Program-made: the position numbers and the translations under genes | In this document: one piece after another, positions 1 through 9,781 of the stretch | Position numbering within the stretch: position 1 is the stretch's first letter | How the letters are laid out: each line of letters opens with the position of its first letter | The notes under the pieces: generated by a model | Databases searched by the model: none | What the model was told of the DNA's origin: nothing | Seen by the model: the letters and a program-made list of their open reading frames with translations, nothing else | DNA from: Candidatus Latescibacterota bacterium | Lineage (GTDB): Bacteria; Latescibacterota; UBA2968; UBA8231 | Length of the DNA: 64,000 nucleotides | Reading direction: 5' to 3' | Assembly: GCA_965223905.1 (NCBI GenBank) | Contig: CBDCXV010000011.1 | Coordinates: forward strand, 640,001 to 704,000

Positions 1-1059
1 CCCAAGGCGGAGAATCTCAACGAAGTCGCGGTCCCGGAGCTCGAGCGCCTCGCCGCCGCGGGGAAGCCGTTCTTTCTCTTCCTGCGGCACATGGATCCGC
101 ACGCTCCTTACCTGCCTCCCGCCCCTTTCGAGCGCCTGTTCTACAGCGGCGACGAGCTCGACGCGGACAACAAATCGATGGAACCGGTCTGGGCTTTCAA
201 GCCGTTTCGCGACTTCTTCGCCGAGTGGATGCCCCCCGGCCTGACGGACGCCGAATACGCCGTCGCCCAGTACGACGGCGCCCTCGCCTACATGGACGCC
301 TGTATCCAGCGCCTCCTGACCCGTCTCGACGAGCTGGGACTGCGGGACGACACCCTGGTGATATTCAACGGCGATCACGGCGAGACCCTCTACGAGCACG
401 AGTGCTGGTTCGATCACCACGGCCTCTACGAGAACACCTTGCACGTGCCGCTGATCATGCGCCTTCCCGGACGCCTCCCTGCCGGCCGCAGGGTTTCCGG
501 GTTCTCGCTGCACCAGGATCTCATGCCCACGATCCTGAAGCTGCTGGGAATCCCGGCGCGCAGAATCCCGTTCGACGGCACCTCGTTGCTGCCGCTGATC
601 ACGGGAGAACGGTCCTCGAACTACTCGGATTTCTACATCACCGAGTGCACCTGGATGCGCAAGCACGGGTGGCGCACCCCGGAATGGAAGCTGATCCAGG
701 CGCTTGAGCCCGACTTCCACTTCAAACCGGAGCTCGAGCTCTACAATCTCGTGCGCGACCCCCTTGAGCTCGAAAATCTAGCCGACAAGGAGCCGGACAT
801 CGTCGCCACCCTGCGCGGCAGGATGGAGGGCTGGGTGGCCAGAAGGGAGCGCGAGACCGGGCGCACCAATCCCATGTACACCAACCTCGAGTGGCACGGA
901 ACCGACAATCCGGGTCCATTCGAGAGCTCACAGCAGGCGTACGACACCCTCCATATCGGCTCGGTCAAGGCTGCCGACCGCCTGCAGGCGGGAAAGCGCC
1001 GCACCGCCAGGAGCAAGGGAAAGCGGAAAAAAGCGGGCTCCCGCTCATCGGGTGGCTAA
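1..1059 (+). CDS. Sulfatase family protein (5' end outside window)
   Basis: Frame 1 open from base 1 (PKAENLNE...FLRHMDPHAPY); motifs DPHAPY, YDGALAYMD, GDHGE, HVPLI, ELYNLxxDPxE. Confidence 0.85.
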   Translation, partial: PKAENLNEVAVPELERLAAAGKPFFLFLRHMDPHAPYLPPAPFERLFYSGDELDADNKSMEPVWAFKPFRDFFAEWMPPGLTDAEYAVAQYDGALAYMDACIQRLLTRLDELGLRDDTLVIFNGDHGETLYEHECWFDHHGLYENTLHVPLIMRLPGRLPAGRRVSGFSLHQDLMPTILKLLGIPARRIPFDGTSLLPLITGERSSNYSDFYITECTWMRKHGWRTPEWKLIQALEPDFHFKPELELYNLVRDPLELENLADKEPDIVATLRGRMEGWVARRERETGRTNPMYTNLEWHGTDNPGPFESSQQAYDTLHIGSVKAADRLQAGKRRTARSKGKRKKAGSRSSGG

Positions 1060-1174
1060 GCTGCATCCGGGAAGAGCAGGTAGGCGGAACTCCCCCTGAT
1101 CCTGGGTGCCGCATTCAGGGTCCGTTTGCTCTTCGGACGCGGTGAAACCGCGACGGTTCTGCGGGAGAAACCCT

Positions 1175-2308
1175 CTACTGGCTGGCGGCGAAGTCGCGCA
1201 TGAAATCGGCGAGGGCCCGGCAACCCTCTTCCGTCATGCCGTTGTAGAGCGAGGCGCGCAGCCCCCCCACGGAGCGGTGGCCCTGCAGCCCGACGAATCC
1301 CTGCTGTCCGGCCGCAGTTGAAAAGCGGCTCCGCAGCCGCGGGTCCGAGAGGTCGAAGGTGACGTTCATCGCCGACCGCGAGGAAGGCTCGGCGAAGCCC
1401 CGGTACACAGGATTGCCGTCGATGACGTCGTAGAGGATGCGCGCCTTGCGGTTGTTGCGCATTTCCGCGGCATGGAGGCCGCCGGACTCCTCCAGCCATC
1501 CGAGGACGAGATCGAGCACGAACACGGCGAACACCGGGGGGGTGTTGTAGAGAGAGACGGTGCCGGCATGGGTCGAATACCGGAAAATCGCCGGTATCGA
1601 GTCCTCCTCCCTCGAAAGGAGGTCGCGGCGCACAAAAACCAGCGTGCACCCGGCGACTCCGCCGTTCTTCTGGGTGCCGCCGTAGGCCACTCCGACCCGC
1701 TCCCAGGAGAAGGGCCGCGCCAGCAGGTCCGAGGTGAGGTCGACGGCCAGCGGAACCTCGCCGCTGTCGGGGTAACCGCGGTACTGGGTGCCGACGATGG
1801 TGTTGTTGCTGGTCAGGTGGAGGTACTCTGCGTCGGCATCGAGGCGGAGAGAGTCCTGCCCCGGGATGTAGCTGTATCCCCTGTCGGCGCTCGAAGCGGC
1901 GATCCGCGTCTTCCTGCCGAGACGCGCGGCCTCGGCCTCGGCCTTCCGCGACCAGGAGCCGGTATCGATATAGTTGGCCGAGCACCCCCGGCGCAGCAGG
2001 TTCATCGGCACCATGGCGAACTGCTGCGAGGCCCCTCCCCCCAGGAGCAGTACTTCGATGCCGTCCGGGATCCCGTAGAGCGCGCGGCAACGCGCCAGGG
2101 CCCGGTGGTGGATCTCCTCGTACTCCGGGCTGCGGTGGCTGATCTCGACGATCGAAAGGCCGTCGGGACTGGCGGCGAAGTGGTCCCCTACCTGCTCCCT
2201 GACAGGTTTCGGCAGCAGCGCCGGACCCGGGGAGAAGTTATAGCTGCTAGGCTCCCCGGCATCGGCCCTGCCGCCCTCCATCGCCGCGAGCGGTTCCGCG
2301 CTCGTCAC
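1175..2308 (-). CDS. serC: Phosphoserine aminotransferase
   Basis: YNFSPGPA, EISHRS, GGASQQF, NNTIVGT, GTQKN (PLP Lys), GHRSVGGLRASLYN; start uncertain (GTG 2308 overlapping the upstream stop, or ATG 2282). Confidence 0.93.
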   Translation of the reverse strand: MTSAEPLAAMEGGRADAGEPSSYNFSPGPALLPKPVREQVGDHFAASPDGLSIVEISHRSPEYEEIHHRALARCRALYGIPDGIEVLLLGGGASQQFAMVPMNLLRRGCSANYIDTGSWSRKAEAEAARLGRKTRIAASSADRGYSYIPGQDSLRLDADAEYLHLTSNNTIVGTQYRGYPDSGEVPLAVDLTSDLLARPFSWERVGVAYGGTQKNGGVAGCTLVFVRRDLLSREEDSIPAIFRYSTHAGTVSLYNTPPVFAVFVLDLVLGWLEESGGLHAAEMRNNRKARILYDVIDGNPVYRGFAEPSSRSAMNVTFDLSDPRLRSRFSTAAGQQGFVGLQGHRSVGGLRASLYNGMTEEGCRALADFMRDFAASQ

Positions 2309-2649
2309 ACGTGTTCCTGAAGGTCGAAGACCTGCTCCATCAGGGCCCACCACTCCCCTTCCTTTGCCTCCGGCACGCGCTCCTGGAAGGTCCTCATCAG
2401 TTCGTCCCATTCCGCGGCCTTGGGATTCTGCTCGATGTAGCGTGGAAAGTCGACGTCGGGTTCGAACTCGTCGACAGCCGTCATGTACATGAACATGCGG
2501 CGGCCGAGAAGGAAGATTTTCATGTCGGTGATGCCGACCTCCCCCAGTCCCTGGAGTGGCTCGGGCCAGGGGTTTCGGTGGTACTCCTTGTATTTCTCAA
2601 TGGTCCCGGCATCGTCGACGAGATTGAGGGTCAGGGCGTATACCTTCAC
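2305..2649 (-). CDS. L-rhamnose mutarotase family protein
   Basis: YKEYHRNPWPE, GITDMKIF, WWALMEQVFDL; 114 aa. Confidence 0.8.
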   Translation of the reverse strand: MKVYALTLNLVDDAGTIEKYKEYHRNPWPEPLQGLGEVGITDMKIFLLGRRMFMYMTAVDEFEPDVDFPRYIEQNPKAAEWDELMRTFQERVPEAKEGEWWALMEQVFDLQEHV

Positions 2650-2698
2650 GATTCAGCTCCGTTTCAGCTCTTGCCTGACAGCGGCGATTGTAGCGCGC

Positions 2699-3385
2699 CT
2701 AGTGAGAGAGGAGGTGGGCGGGCAGGTGGTCGGCGCGGTTCATGTACTCGACCACGACCCCGTCGTCGAAGTCGATTCTCGTGATCGCGGTGTTCTCGTG
2801 GTGGTACTGCAGACCCCAACTCGGCAGGTGATTCGCCAGCGCCTTTATCAGGGCGCTCATGAAATCGCCGTGCGACACGACCCCTACCCGCAACGGCTCG
2901 CTGGAACGGGAGGTGAGCTCCGCGGCCGCGGCCAGGGCCCTGCCGCGCCCCTCTCCCGGGGTTTCCTTGCCGCCCAGCCACCAGCCGCGATTCCCGATAC
3001 CATCGCACGCGAAACCGGAAAACCGACCGGCGATCTCCTCCCGGGTGCAACCCGGGAAACCTGTGGCCGTGCCGTCATCGTTGTCGAGGAAGATCCCCCC
3101 GATCTCGTGAACGTCGGTCCGGACCTGGGGGGTCAACCCCAGGGCCCGGGCGATCGGTTCGGCTGTCTGCAGAGCCCTGATCATCGGGCTGCAGCAGAGC
3201 ACGTCGAGTTTCGGTCCGCTGTCGCGCTCGGATTCCCTAAGGTGGCCTCCGGCGGCGAGGTGGGCGGCGGCGAGCCGTGCCTGCTCTACACCCAGTTCCG
3301 TCAGTTCCGGATCGGCGACTCGAGCGGTGACGTCTTTCAGGGCGTTGTTGAACGATTGTCCGTGGCGGATCAGGAACAGCTTCAT
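2699..3385 (-). CDS. Histidine phosphatase (phosphoglycerate mutase) family protein
   Basis: LIRHGQS, SPMIRALQTA, VSHG, NTAIT motifs. Confidence 0.9.
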   Translation of the reverse strand: MKLFLIRHGQSFNNALKDVTARVADPELTELGVEQARLAAAHLAAGGHLRESERDSGPKLDVLCCSPMIRALQTAEPIARALGLTPQVRTDVHEIGGIFLDNDDGTATGFPGCTREEIAGRFSGFACDGIGNRGWWLGGKETPGEGRGRALAAAAELTSRSSEPLRVGVVSHGDFMSALIKALANHLPSWGLQYHHENTAITRIDFDDGVVVEYMNRADHLPAHLLSH

Positions 3386-3496
3386 GCAGTCGCGTCGGAT
3401 GCTTGACACCCGGATTGGGCAAATCTACAATCCCCGCCTTCCGCGGCGGGAAATTGCGATTCAATTGACCATGTAGAACGAAAAGTAAGAACGAAA

Positions 3497-4996
3497 ATGA
3501 ATATTACTGTAACGCGTGGTGAAATTCAAAAGCGCAAGGAGCCAGCGCTGATCCTCAACCTGTTCGAGGGCGTCGAGCGGCCGGGAGGAGCCACCGGCGC
3601 CGTCGACCGGGAGATCGGGGGGCTGATCAGCAGGGCGGTTGCCGACGGGGATTTCGCCGGCAAGAAGAACGAGACCTTGTTGCTGTACACCCATGGCCGC
3701 ATCGAGGCGCCCCGCGTCCTCGTCGTCGGACTCGGCAGGAAGGAATCGTTCGACGCAGAGACCGCGCGCCAGGCCGCGGGAACCGCGGCAGCGGCGCTTC
3801 AGGACCTCCGGGTCGAGAGAGCGGCGACCATACTCCACGGCGCAGGCGAGGCCGGACTCGACGTCGAGGAGGCGGCCCAGGCGGTCGCCGAGGCGAGCAT
3901 CCTCGCCTGTTACCGCTTCGACCAGTACCGGACCCGGGAAATAAAGGCCTCGCGGCTGCGCGCCCTCGCCATCGTCGAGTTCGACCAGTCGAAGCTCGCC
4001 GCGGCCCGCCGCGGAAACAGGACAGGCCGCGCCATTGCAGAAGCCGCTTCCCTCGCCCGCGACCTCGCCAACCACCCAGGCAACACCGCAACCCCGACCT
4101 ACCTGGCGAGCATCGCCCGCAGGATCGCGCGCAACCGCAGCCTGCGCTGCCAGGTTCTCGACGAAACCGGCATGCGCCGGCTGGGCATGGGGGCGCTGTT
4201 GGGGGTGACCCGCGGCAGCAGCGAACCTGCGCGGTTCATCGTCCTGGAGCACAACGGCTCCAAGGCCGGAAAACCTCTGGTTTTCGTCGGCAAGGGGGTG
4301 ACCTTCGACAGCGGCGGCATTTCACTGAAGCCGGGCGACCGCATGGGCGACATGAAGTTCGACATGTCCGGAGCCGCGGCGGTGATCGGGGCGATGCAGG
4401 CGGTTTCCGACCTCGACCTTCCCCATCACATCGTCGGCCTGGTGCCGGCGACGGAGAACCTCCCGGGAGGCAGAGCGTTCAAGCCCGGGGACGTCCTGAA
4501 GACGATCACGGGGAAAACCATAGAGATCGACAACACCGACGCCGAGGGGCGGCTCATCCTCGCCGATGCACTCGGGTATGCGCGCCGGCTGAAACCGGCC
4601 GCCATCGTCGATCTGGCGACCCTGACCGGTGCTTGCGTCGTCGCCCTGGGATCGCACGCCGCGGGCATGCTCGGTAACGACGAGGAACTCAAGGAGAAGG
4701 TGCTGAGAGCGGGGGAAGAGACCGGTGAGCGCGTCTGGCCGCTGCCGCTGTGGCCGGAGTACCGCGATCAGATCAAGAGCCCGGTCGCCGACATGAAGAA
4801 CACCGGCGGGCGCTCCGGGGGGGCCATCACCGCAGCGGCCCTCCTGCAGGAGTTTGTCGATTCCCCCTGGGTCCATCTCGATATCGCCGGCACCGCCTGG
4901 ACCACCCGGACAAAACCCTACATACCCAAGGGGGGCGTCGGCTTCGGGGTCCGCCTGCTGACCCGGCTCGCCAGGGACTGGAAGCAATCGGGATAG
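3497..4996 (+). CDS. pepA: Leucyl aminopeptidase (M17)
   Basis: VGKGVTFDSGG, MKFDMSG, NTDAEGRLILAD, ATLTGA, WVHLDIAG. Confidence 0.96.
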   Translation: MNITVTRGEIQKRKEPALILNLFEGVERPGGATGAVDREIGGLISRAVADGDFAGKKNETLLLYTHGRIEAPRVLVVGLGRKESFDAETARQAAGTAAAALQDLRVERAATILHGAGEAGLDVEEAAQAVAEASILACYRFDQYRTREIKASRLRALAIVEFDQSKLAAARRGNRTGRAIAEAASLARDLANHPGNTATPTYLASIARRIARNRSLRCQVLDETGMRRLGMGALLGVTRGSSEPARFIVLEHNGSKAGKPLVFVGKGVTFDSGGISLKPGDRMGDMKFDMSGAAAVIGAMQAVSDLDLPHHIVGLVPATENLPGGRAFKPGDVLKTITGKTIEIDNTDAEGRLILADALGYARRLKPAAIVDLATLTGACVVALGSHAAGMLGNDEELKEKVLRAGEETGERVWPLPLWPEYRDQIKSPVADMKNTGGRSGGAITAAALLQEFVDSPWVHLDIAGTAWTTRTKPYIPKGGVGFGVRLLTRLARDWKQSG

Positions 4997-5029
4997 CGCC
5001 CCGGCCCCTGCCGCTTCCAGCCGGATGCG

Positions 5030-5563
5030 ATGATCCTTTCCGACGCCGCCATTCGCGACCTGCTCTCCACCGGAGAGTTGGGGGTCGATCCCCACACCCC
5101 GGACCAGATCCAGCCCGCTTCCATCGACCTGCGCCTCAGCGATCACTTCCTCAAGGTGGACGAGAACCGCCTCGAAGTGATGCGGCTCGATCAGGAGATC
5201 ACCTACCAGGAGCTGCACCAGGAGGAAATCGTGATACCGCCGCACTCCTTCCTGCTGGCGGGGACCCTCGAGTCGATCCGGCTGCCCGACAACCTGACCG
5301 CCTTCGTCGAGGGGCGCAGCTCCATCGGCCGCATCGGCCTCTTCATCCAGAATGCCGGCTGGGTCGATCCCGGTTTCTCCGGCACCCTGACCCTGGAGCT
5401 GTTCAACGCCAACAGGCTGCCGATTCGCCTGCGCAGCGGCAGGCGCATCTGCCAGCTGGTGTTCGCCCGGCTCGACCGCTCCGCCTCCAACCCCTACAGC
5501 GGCAAGTATCAATTCCAGACCAGGGCCACCGGCAGCCGCATCGCCCTGGACCGCGACAGATAA
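5030..5563 (+). CDS. dcd: dCTP deaminase
   Basis: IQPASIDLRL, EGRSSIGRIG, AGWVDPGFSG, YSGKYQ. Confidence 0.95.
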   Translation: MILSDAAIRDLLSTGELGVDPHTPDQIQPASIDLRLSDHFLKVDENRLEVMRLDQEITYQELHQEEIVIPPHSFLLAGTLESIRLPDNLTAFVEGRSSIGRIGLFIQNAGWVDPGFSGTLTLELFNANRLPIRLRSGRRICQLVFARLDRSASNPYSGKYQFQTRATGSRIALDRDR

Positions 5564-5614
5564 GCACCTGGACCGGCGTTTTTCCGCGGGGACACCGCCG
5601 CTCCCGCAAGCGCA

Positions 5615-8515
5615 ATGAACCTTCCAAGACGGCGGGGCTTCGCCCTGTCCGGGCGCCGCCGGGCTCTTGCCGCCGTGGCCCTGCTGGCCGCGGGTCTCGC
5701 CGGCTGGCTCGTCGCCGACAGCTTCGACGTGCTGATCGCCTTCTCCCACGAACGCCTCCAGGCCGCGGTCGAAGATCCGCGCTGGCAGCCGGAGTGGGGC
5801 TTCCGGGGACAGCTGTTCACCGCCCTCGCCGCGGCCGCCCTTCTGCTCGCTGCCCGCGCGGCGACCTCGGCGCCGAGGGGAGTCGATGCCCTCCTTCCGG
5901 CGGTCGGCCTGGTCTGGACCCTGCTCCTGCTGCGCCTCCTCGCCCTGTTGAATCCGGTCACCAACCTGTTTCCCTGGCTGACGCTGCTATGGTCTCCGCA
6001 TGCCGGCTGGGCGGTTGCCGGAGCTTGCTGCATCGCCGCGGCAAGGGGACTGGCCGGCTCGGGGGAGAGCTGGTCGAACCGCTTCCGGCAAGGCTTCCGC
6101 GCCCTGCCCGACTACGGCATCGCCGCGGCAGTCGCCTGCTTCGCCTTCCTGGCCTACGCGGCGTACGGCATCTACATCGGGCAGATGACCATGATGCACG
6201 GGGACGAGGGGCATTACCTGAGGGTTACCCAGAGCCTGCTTCGCGACGGCGACTTCGACCTCTCCGACAACCTGGGGGACAGGGACGTCGCCGAGTACCA
6301 CTCCGTTCAGTTCGACGTGCACAAAGCGCCGGCCTCACCCCCGGGAAAGATCCACTCCGTGCATCCGATCGGGCTCTCCCTCCTGCTCGTTCCCGCCTAT
6401 TGGACCGGGCTGGAGCTCTGGGCCAATCCGAGGCTGGCCTGCATCCTGTTCACGAACCTGCTGACCGCGGCCTCCTGCGGGCTCGCCTACCTTTGGCTCG
6501 TGCGCCTGCGGCTCCCCCGCTTCGCGGCCCTGTCGAGCGTCGCCGCGGCAGCCACGACGACCCCGCTTTTCCTCTACAGCACCCAGCTGTACCCCGAAAT
6601 CCCCGCCCTTCTGGCGGCGCTTTTCACACTGCTGCTGTTCAGCCACTGGCTCCTGCCGGGGGGAGGCTACGCCCGCCTGCCCGCCGAGCCCGTCCTGCTG
6701 CCGTTCCTCGCCCTGATCCCGGCAGGCCTGGTTCTCCTTCACCCTCGCTACGCGCCCCTCGGAATGCTGCTGGGCGGGCTCGTCGCCCTGCAGGCCTTCT
6801 TCAGCACCAGGAGAAAGACTGCCATTGCGGGGGTGGTCGCCGCGGCGGGCGCCTCCCTTGCTGGAGTCCTGGCCTACCACTTCGCCTACAGCGGCGACTG
6901 GATGGGACCGTTCCGCCCCGGCAACGCCTGGAACGAGAACGCCCTGGACCCGGCGACCTGGCTGGTGTCGCTGCCCGGCCACTGGCTGCACCGCACCAAG
7001 GGACTGGTCAACAACTCCCCGGTCTTTCTCATCGCCATTGCCGGCCTGTTGGCGCTGGTGCGCGCCGGAGACCGGCGCCTGCTTGTGGTCGCGGCCCTGT
7101 ACACGGCCACCGCGGGGGCGAACGGCATCCACCCGGACTGGGAATTCGGCTTCTGTCCGCCCGCGAGGTTCCTGGTGACCGCCCTGCCGGCCCTGCTCCC
7201 CTGCCTGGCCGCGGGCATTGCCGCCTCGGTGCGGTCCGCGACAGCCGTAGCCGCCTGCCTGCTCGCCCTGACTGTCAGCTGGGACAGCGTAGTTTCCGCG
7301 CTATTTGTACCGGAGCGCGCCTATGACGGGATCCACCTCGGCTTCCGGAAAATCGCCGGTTTCTACCCGTTCTCCATCCATTTCTTCGACGGAGAAATCA
7401 CCGGAATACCGTACCTCGCGGTATCGTTCTGGCTCGGCCTGCTGGCTCTGTCCTTGGCTGCCGGAATCTTTCAGTGCCGCGGCCCCCGCCTCGCCATCGC
7501 CGGCCTCGCCGCCCTGATGCCGGTAGCCTGGGGGTATTCGGACGCCGTCGGGGCCGCGATCCAGAAGCGCAGCTCGCCGGGACTTGGGGTCTTGACGGAG
7601 GCGGCAGACGGAGGCATTCGCGCCTGGCGGCGCTCCCGGATTCTGACCGCTGAATTCCACAAAAGCGAAACCGGAAGCGAGCGGGACGGACGCTACTCGG
7701 CAAAGGGCCCTTCGGATCCCCCCGGCCTGTTGGCCTCGTACCGCCTGCCGATGTGGCAGCGGGGGGTCTACCGGGCGGAGGTTCCGGTGGGGTCCCGCGA
7801 TCGGTCCGAGGACGCTCCGCACACTGCGGTAGTCAGCCGTCGCGACGTCCTGCCTGTCTCAGGACCCTGGGAACAGCGGCTGTTCAAGGCCATGGGGGCC
7901 GAGCAGGACACGAGCCTTCTGGCCCTGGCTTTCTATCTCGACCGACCCTCTTTCGGACACGCTTCCCTGCTGTTTTCAGGAGCCGGCGAGCTGTCGCTGG
8001 GTCCTTTGAAATTCAGCATGCTGCCGGTTCGTCTTGCCCTCGCCGCCGACGAGGTCCAGGTCTTCGACGAGCAGCACCGCCTGGGATCAGACGACATGGT
8101 CCTGGTCGCCACCGACCCTCTCGACCAGGGGCGCTACCTCCTCGACCTGCGGCTCAGCGGTTCGACGCTGCCGGCGCTTTTCGAGCGCCGGGCCGAGCCG
8201 ATCTTCGCCGCAATCTTCCCAGCGGCCAGCGGGGGTTTCGAGGCGGTCGAGCAGACCGCCCGGCGCTGGTTCTCCGAAGACCGCACCCGCGCCGAGGATA
8301 TTTCCGGGTTCACCATCCCCGTTGCAGAGGGGGTTTTCTCCCCTGCCTGGCTGTCGCTTCCGTTCACGGGCGGGGCCTACCGGCTCGCCTTTTCGCTCGC
8401 CGGCACACAGCGACTGCTGGTTGCAATCAAATACCAGGGGGACCACGAGATCCGCGTCGACCGGGTCCTGATACGAAAGCAGAAACTCCGCCACCAACCG
8501 AGAAAAGCAGGTTGA
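5615..8515 (+). CDS. Large polytopic membrane protein, GT-C (ArnT/PMT-like) glycosyltransferase-like, with soluble C-terminal region
   Basis: 966 aa, many hydrophobic segments, GDEGHYL..SLLRDGDFDLSDN acidic loop, YPE and PARF motifs. Confidence 0.55.
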   Translation: MNLPRRRGFALSGRRRALAAVALLAAGLAGWLVADSFDVLIAFSHERLQAAVEDPRWQPEWGFRGQLFTALAAAALLLAARAATSAPRGVDALLPAVGLVWTLLLLRLLALLNPVTNLFPWLTLLWSPHAGWAVAGACCIAAARGLAGSGESWSNRFRQGFRALPDYGIAAAVACFAFLAYAAYGIYIGQMTMMHGDEGHYLRVTQSLLRDGDFDLSDNLGDRDVAEYHSVQFDVHKAPASPPGKIHSVHPIGLSLLLVPAYWTGLELWANPRLACILFTNLLTAASCGLAYLWLVRLRLPRFAALSSVAAAATTTPLFLYSTQLYPEIPALLAALFTLLLFSHWLLPGGGYARLPAEPVLLPFLALIPAGLVLLHPRYAPLGMLLGGLVALQAFFSTRRKTAIAGVVAAAGASLAGVLAYHFAYSGDWMGPFRPGNAWNENALDPATWLVSLPGHWLHRTKGLVNNSPVFLIAIAGLLALVRAGDRRLLVVAALYTATAGANGIHPDWEFGFCPPARFLVTALPALLPCLAAGIAASVRSATAVAACLLALTVSWDSVVSALFVPERAYDGIHLGFRKIAGFYPFSIHFFDGEITGIPYLAVSFWLGLLALSLAAGIFQCRGPRLAIAGLAALMPVAWGYSDAVGAAIQKRSSPGLGVLTEAADGGIRAWRRSRILTAEFHKSETGSERDGRYSAKGPSDPPGLLASYRLPMWQRGVYRAEVPVGSRDRSEDAPHTAVVSRRDVLPVSGPWEQRLFKAMGAEQDTSLLALAFYLDRPSFGHASLLFSGAGELSLGPLKFSMLPVRLALAADEVQVFDEQHRLGSDDMVLVATDPLDQGRYLLDLRLSGSTLPALFERRAEPIFAAIFPAASGGFEAVEQTARRWFSEDRTRAEDISGFTIPVAEGVFSPAWLSLPFTGGAYRLAFSLAGTQRLLVAIKYQGDHEIRVDRVLIRKQKLRHQPRKAG

Positions 8516-8529
8516 CCGGGAGACCAAAG

Positions 8530-9552
8530 ATGATCGATGCCGGTGAAATACATCGCCAAAACCTCGTCGTGGATTCGCACAACGACAGCACCGTCGGCCA
8601 CATCCGGCGCGGCAACATCGGACTGGCAGGAGAGCGCTCCGCAGAACGCAGCCGCCGGGGCGGCGCCATTCGCCACCTGCGGGAGCAGATCGACCCTGCC
8701 GTCTCCCCGTTGCAGCTCGATATTCCCCGGATGCGCAAGGGCGGCATCGATGCCGCCTTTTTCGCCGTCGACGTCACCAACGCCTGGGACAATCACCTCC
8801 TCTACGCCCTCGACGGGCTGGCCTGGCTCAAGCGGGAGATCGCCGCCCACGGAGACGACATCGAGCTGGCCCTCACCGCCGGGGCCATCACCGCGGCCAG
8901 GGAACGGGGCAGGATCGCCGCGCTGCTCGCCGTGGAGAACAGCGACGCCCTGCAGCGCAGCGTGCAGATCATCGACTCCCTGTACGATATCGGGGTGCGC
9001 ACCATGACGCTGACCCACAGCACGCGCTCCCACGCCGGGGACGGCTGCGAGGTCGTCGGAGGAGGGGGCCTGACGGGATTCGGCCGCGAGTTGGTCGCGT
9101 CGATGAACCAGCGCGGGATGCTGATCGACGTGTCGCACCTGAACGACGCCGGGTTCCGGGATGTCCTCGAGCTCTCGAGCGACCCGGTGGTCGCTTCCCA
9201 CAGCTGCTGCCGTCGCCTCTGCGGGCATCCGCGCAACCTCACCGACGACCAGCTCCGCGCCCTCGGCGAAATGGGGGGCGTCGTCGGCCTGACCTTCGTG
9301 CCCCGGTTCCTCGCCGAGGAGAACCCCGGCCTGTCCCATCTTCTAGACCACATCGAGCACGCCGCCTCCGTGGCTGGTCCCGGGGCCGTCGGGCTCGGGT
9401 CGGATTTCGACGGCGGCGGCACCCTGCTGGAAAGCGCCGCGGACTTCCCCCGCATCACCGCCGGACTCGTCGACCGCGGGTTCGGGGAGGAGACCTTGGA
9501 AGGAATCCTCGGCGGCAACCACCTGCGCCTGCTCGCAGCGGCCATCCGGTGA
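8530..9552 (+). CDS. Membrane dipeptidase (M19) family protein
   Basis: VVDSHND, IDVSH, ASHS, HPRNLTDDQ, GLGSDFDG, GGNHLRL; ATG at 8530. Confidence 0.92.
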   Translation: MIDAGEIHRQNLVVDSHNDSTVGHIRRGNIGLAGERSAERSRRGGAIRHLREQIDPAVSPLQLDIPRMRKGGIDAAFFAVDVTNAWDNHLLYALDGLAWLKREIAAHGDDIELALTAGAITAARERGRIAALLAVENSDALQRSVQIIDSLYDIGVRTMTLTHSTRSHAGDGCEVVGGGGLTGFGRELVASMNQRGMLIDVSHLNDAGFRDVLELSSDPVVASHSCCRRLCGHPRNLTDDQLRALGEMGGVVGLTFVPRFLAEENPGLSHLLDHIEHAASVAGPGAVGLGSDFDGGGTLLESAADFPRITAGLVDRGFGEETLEGILGGNHLRLLAAAIR

Positions 9553-9781
9553 GCAGGCGGCTGCCGCCGGCTCATGGCGAACCCCCCGGTTTTCTCAGGG
9601 CAATCGGGGTCTAGATCGCGGGAAATACCCGAGGGCCCTGTGAGATCCGCCCGGGGCATCCGGGGCCGGTGGCCTGGCCGTGCTCGCCGGGAACAGCCTT
9701 CCGAAAGCGTGGACGGCCACCTGACGAACGACCGTCCGGAGGCTCAGTCGCCACCGCGGGAGGACGTTCACGGGCCGAGGT

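Noticed and set aside
4750-7326. 858-aa Arg/Pro-rich ORF and many similar long alternative-frame or antisense ORFs
   Set aside because: Shadow ORFs of high-GC coding sequence; they overlap genes with clear motifs
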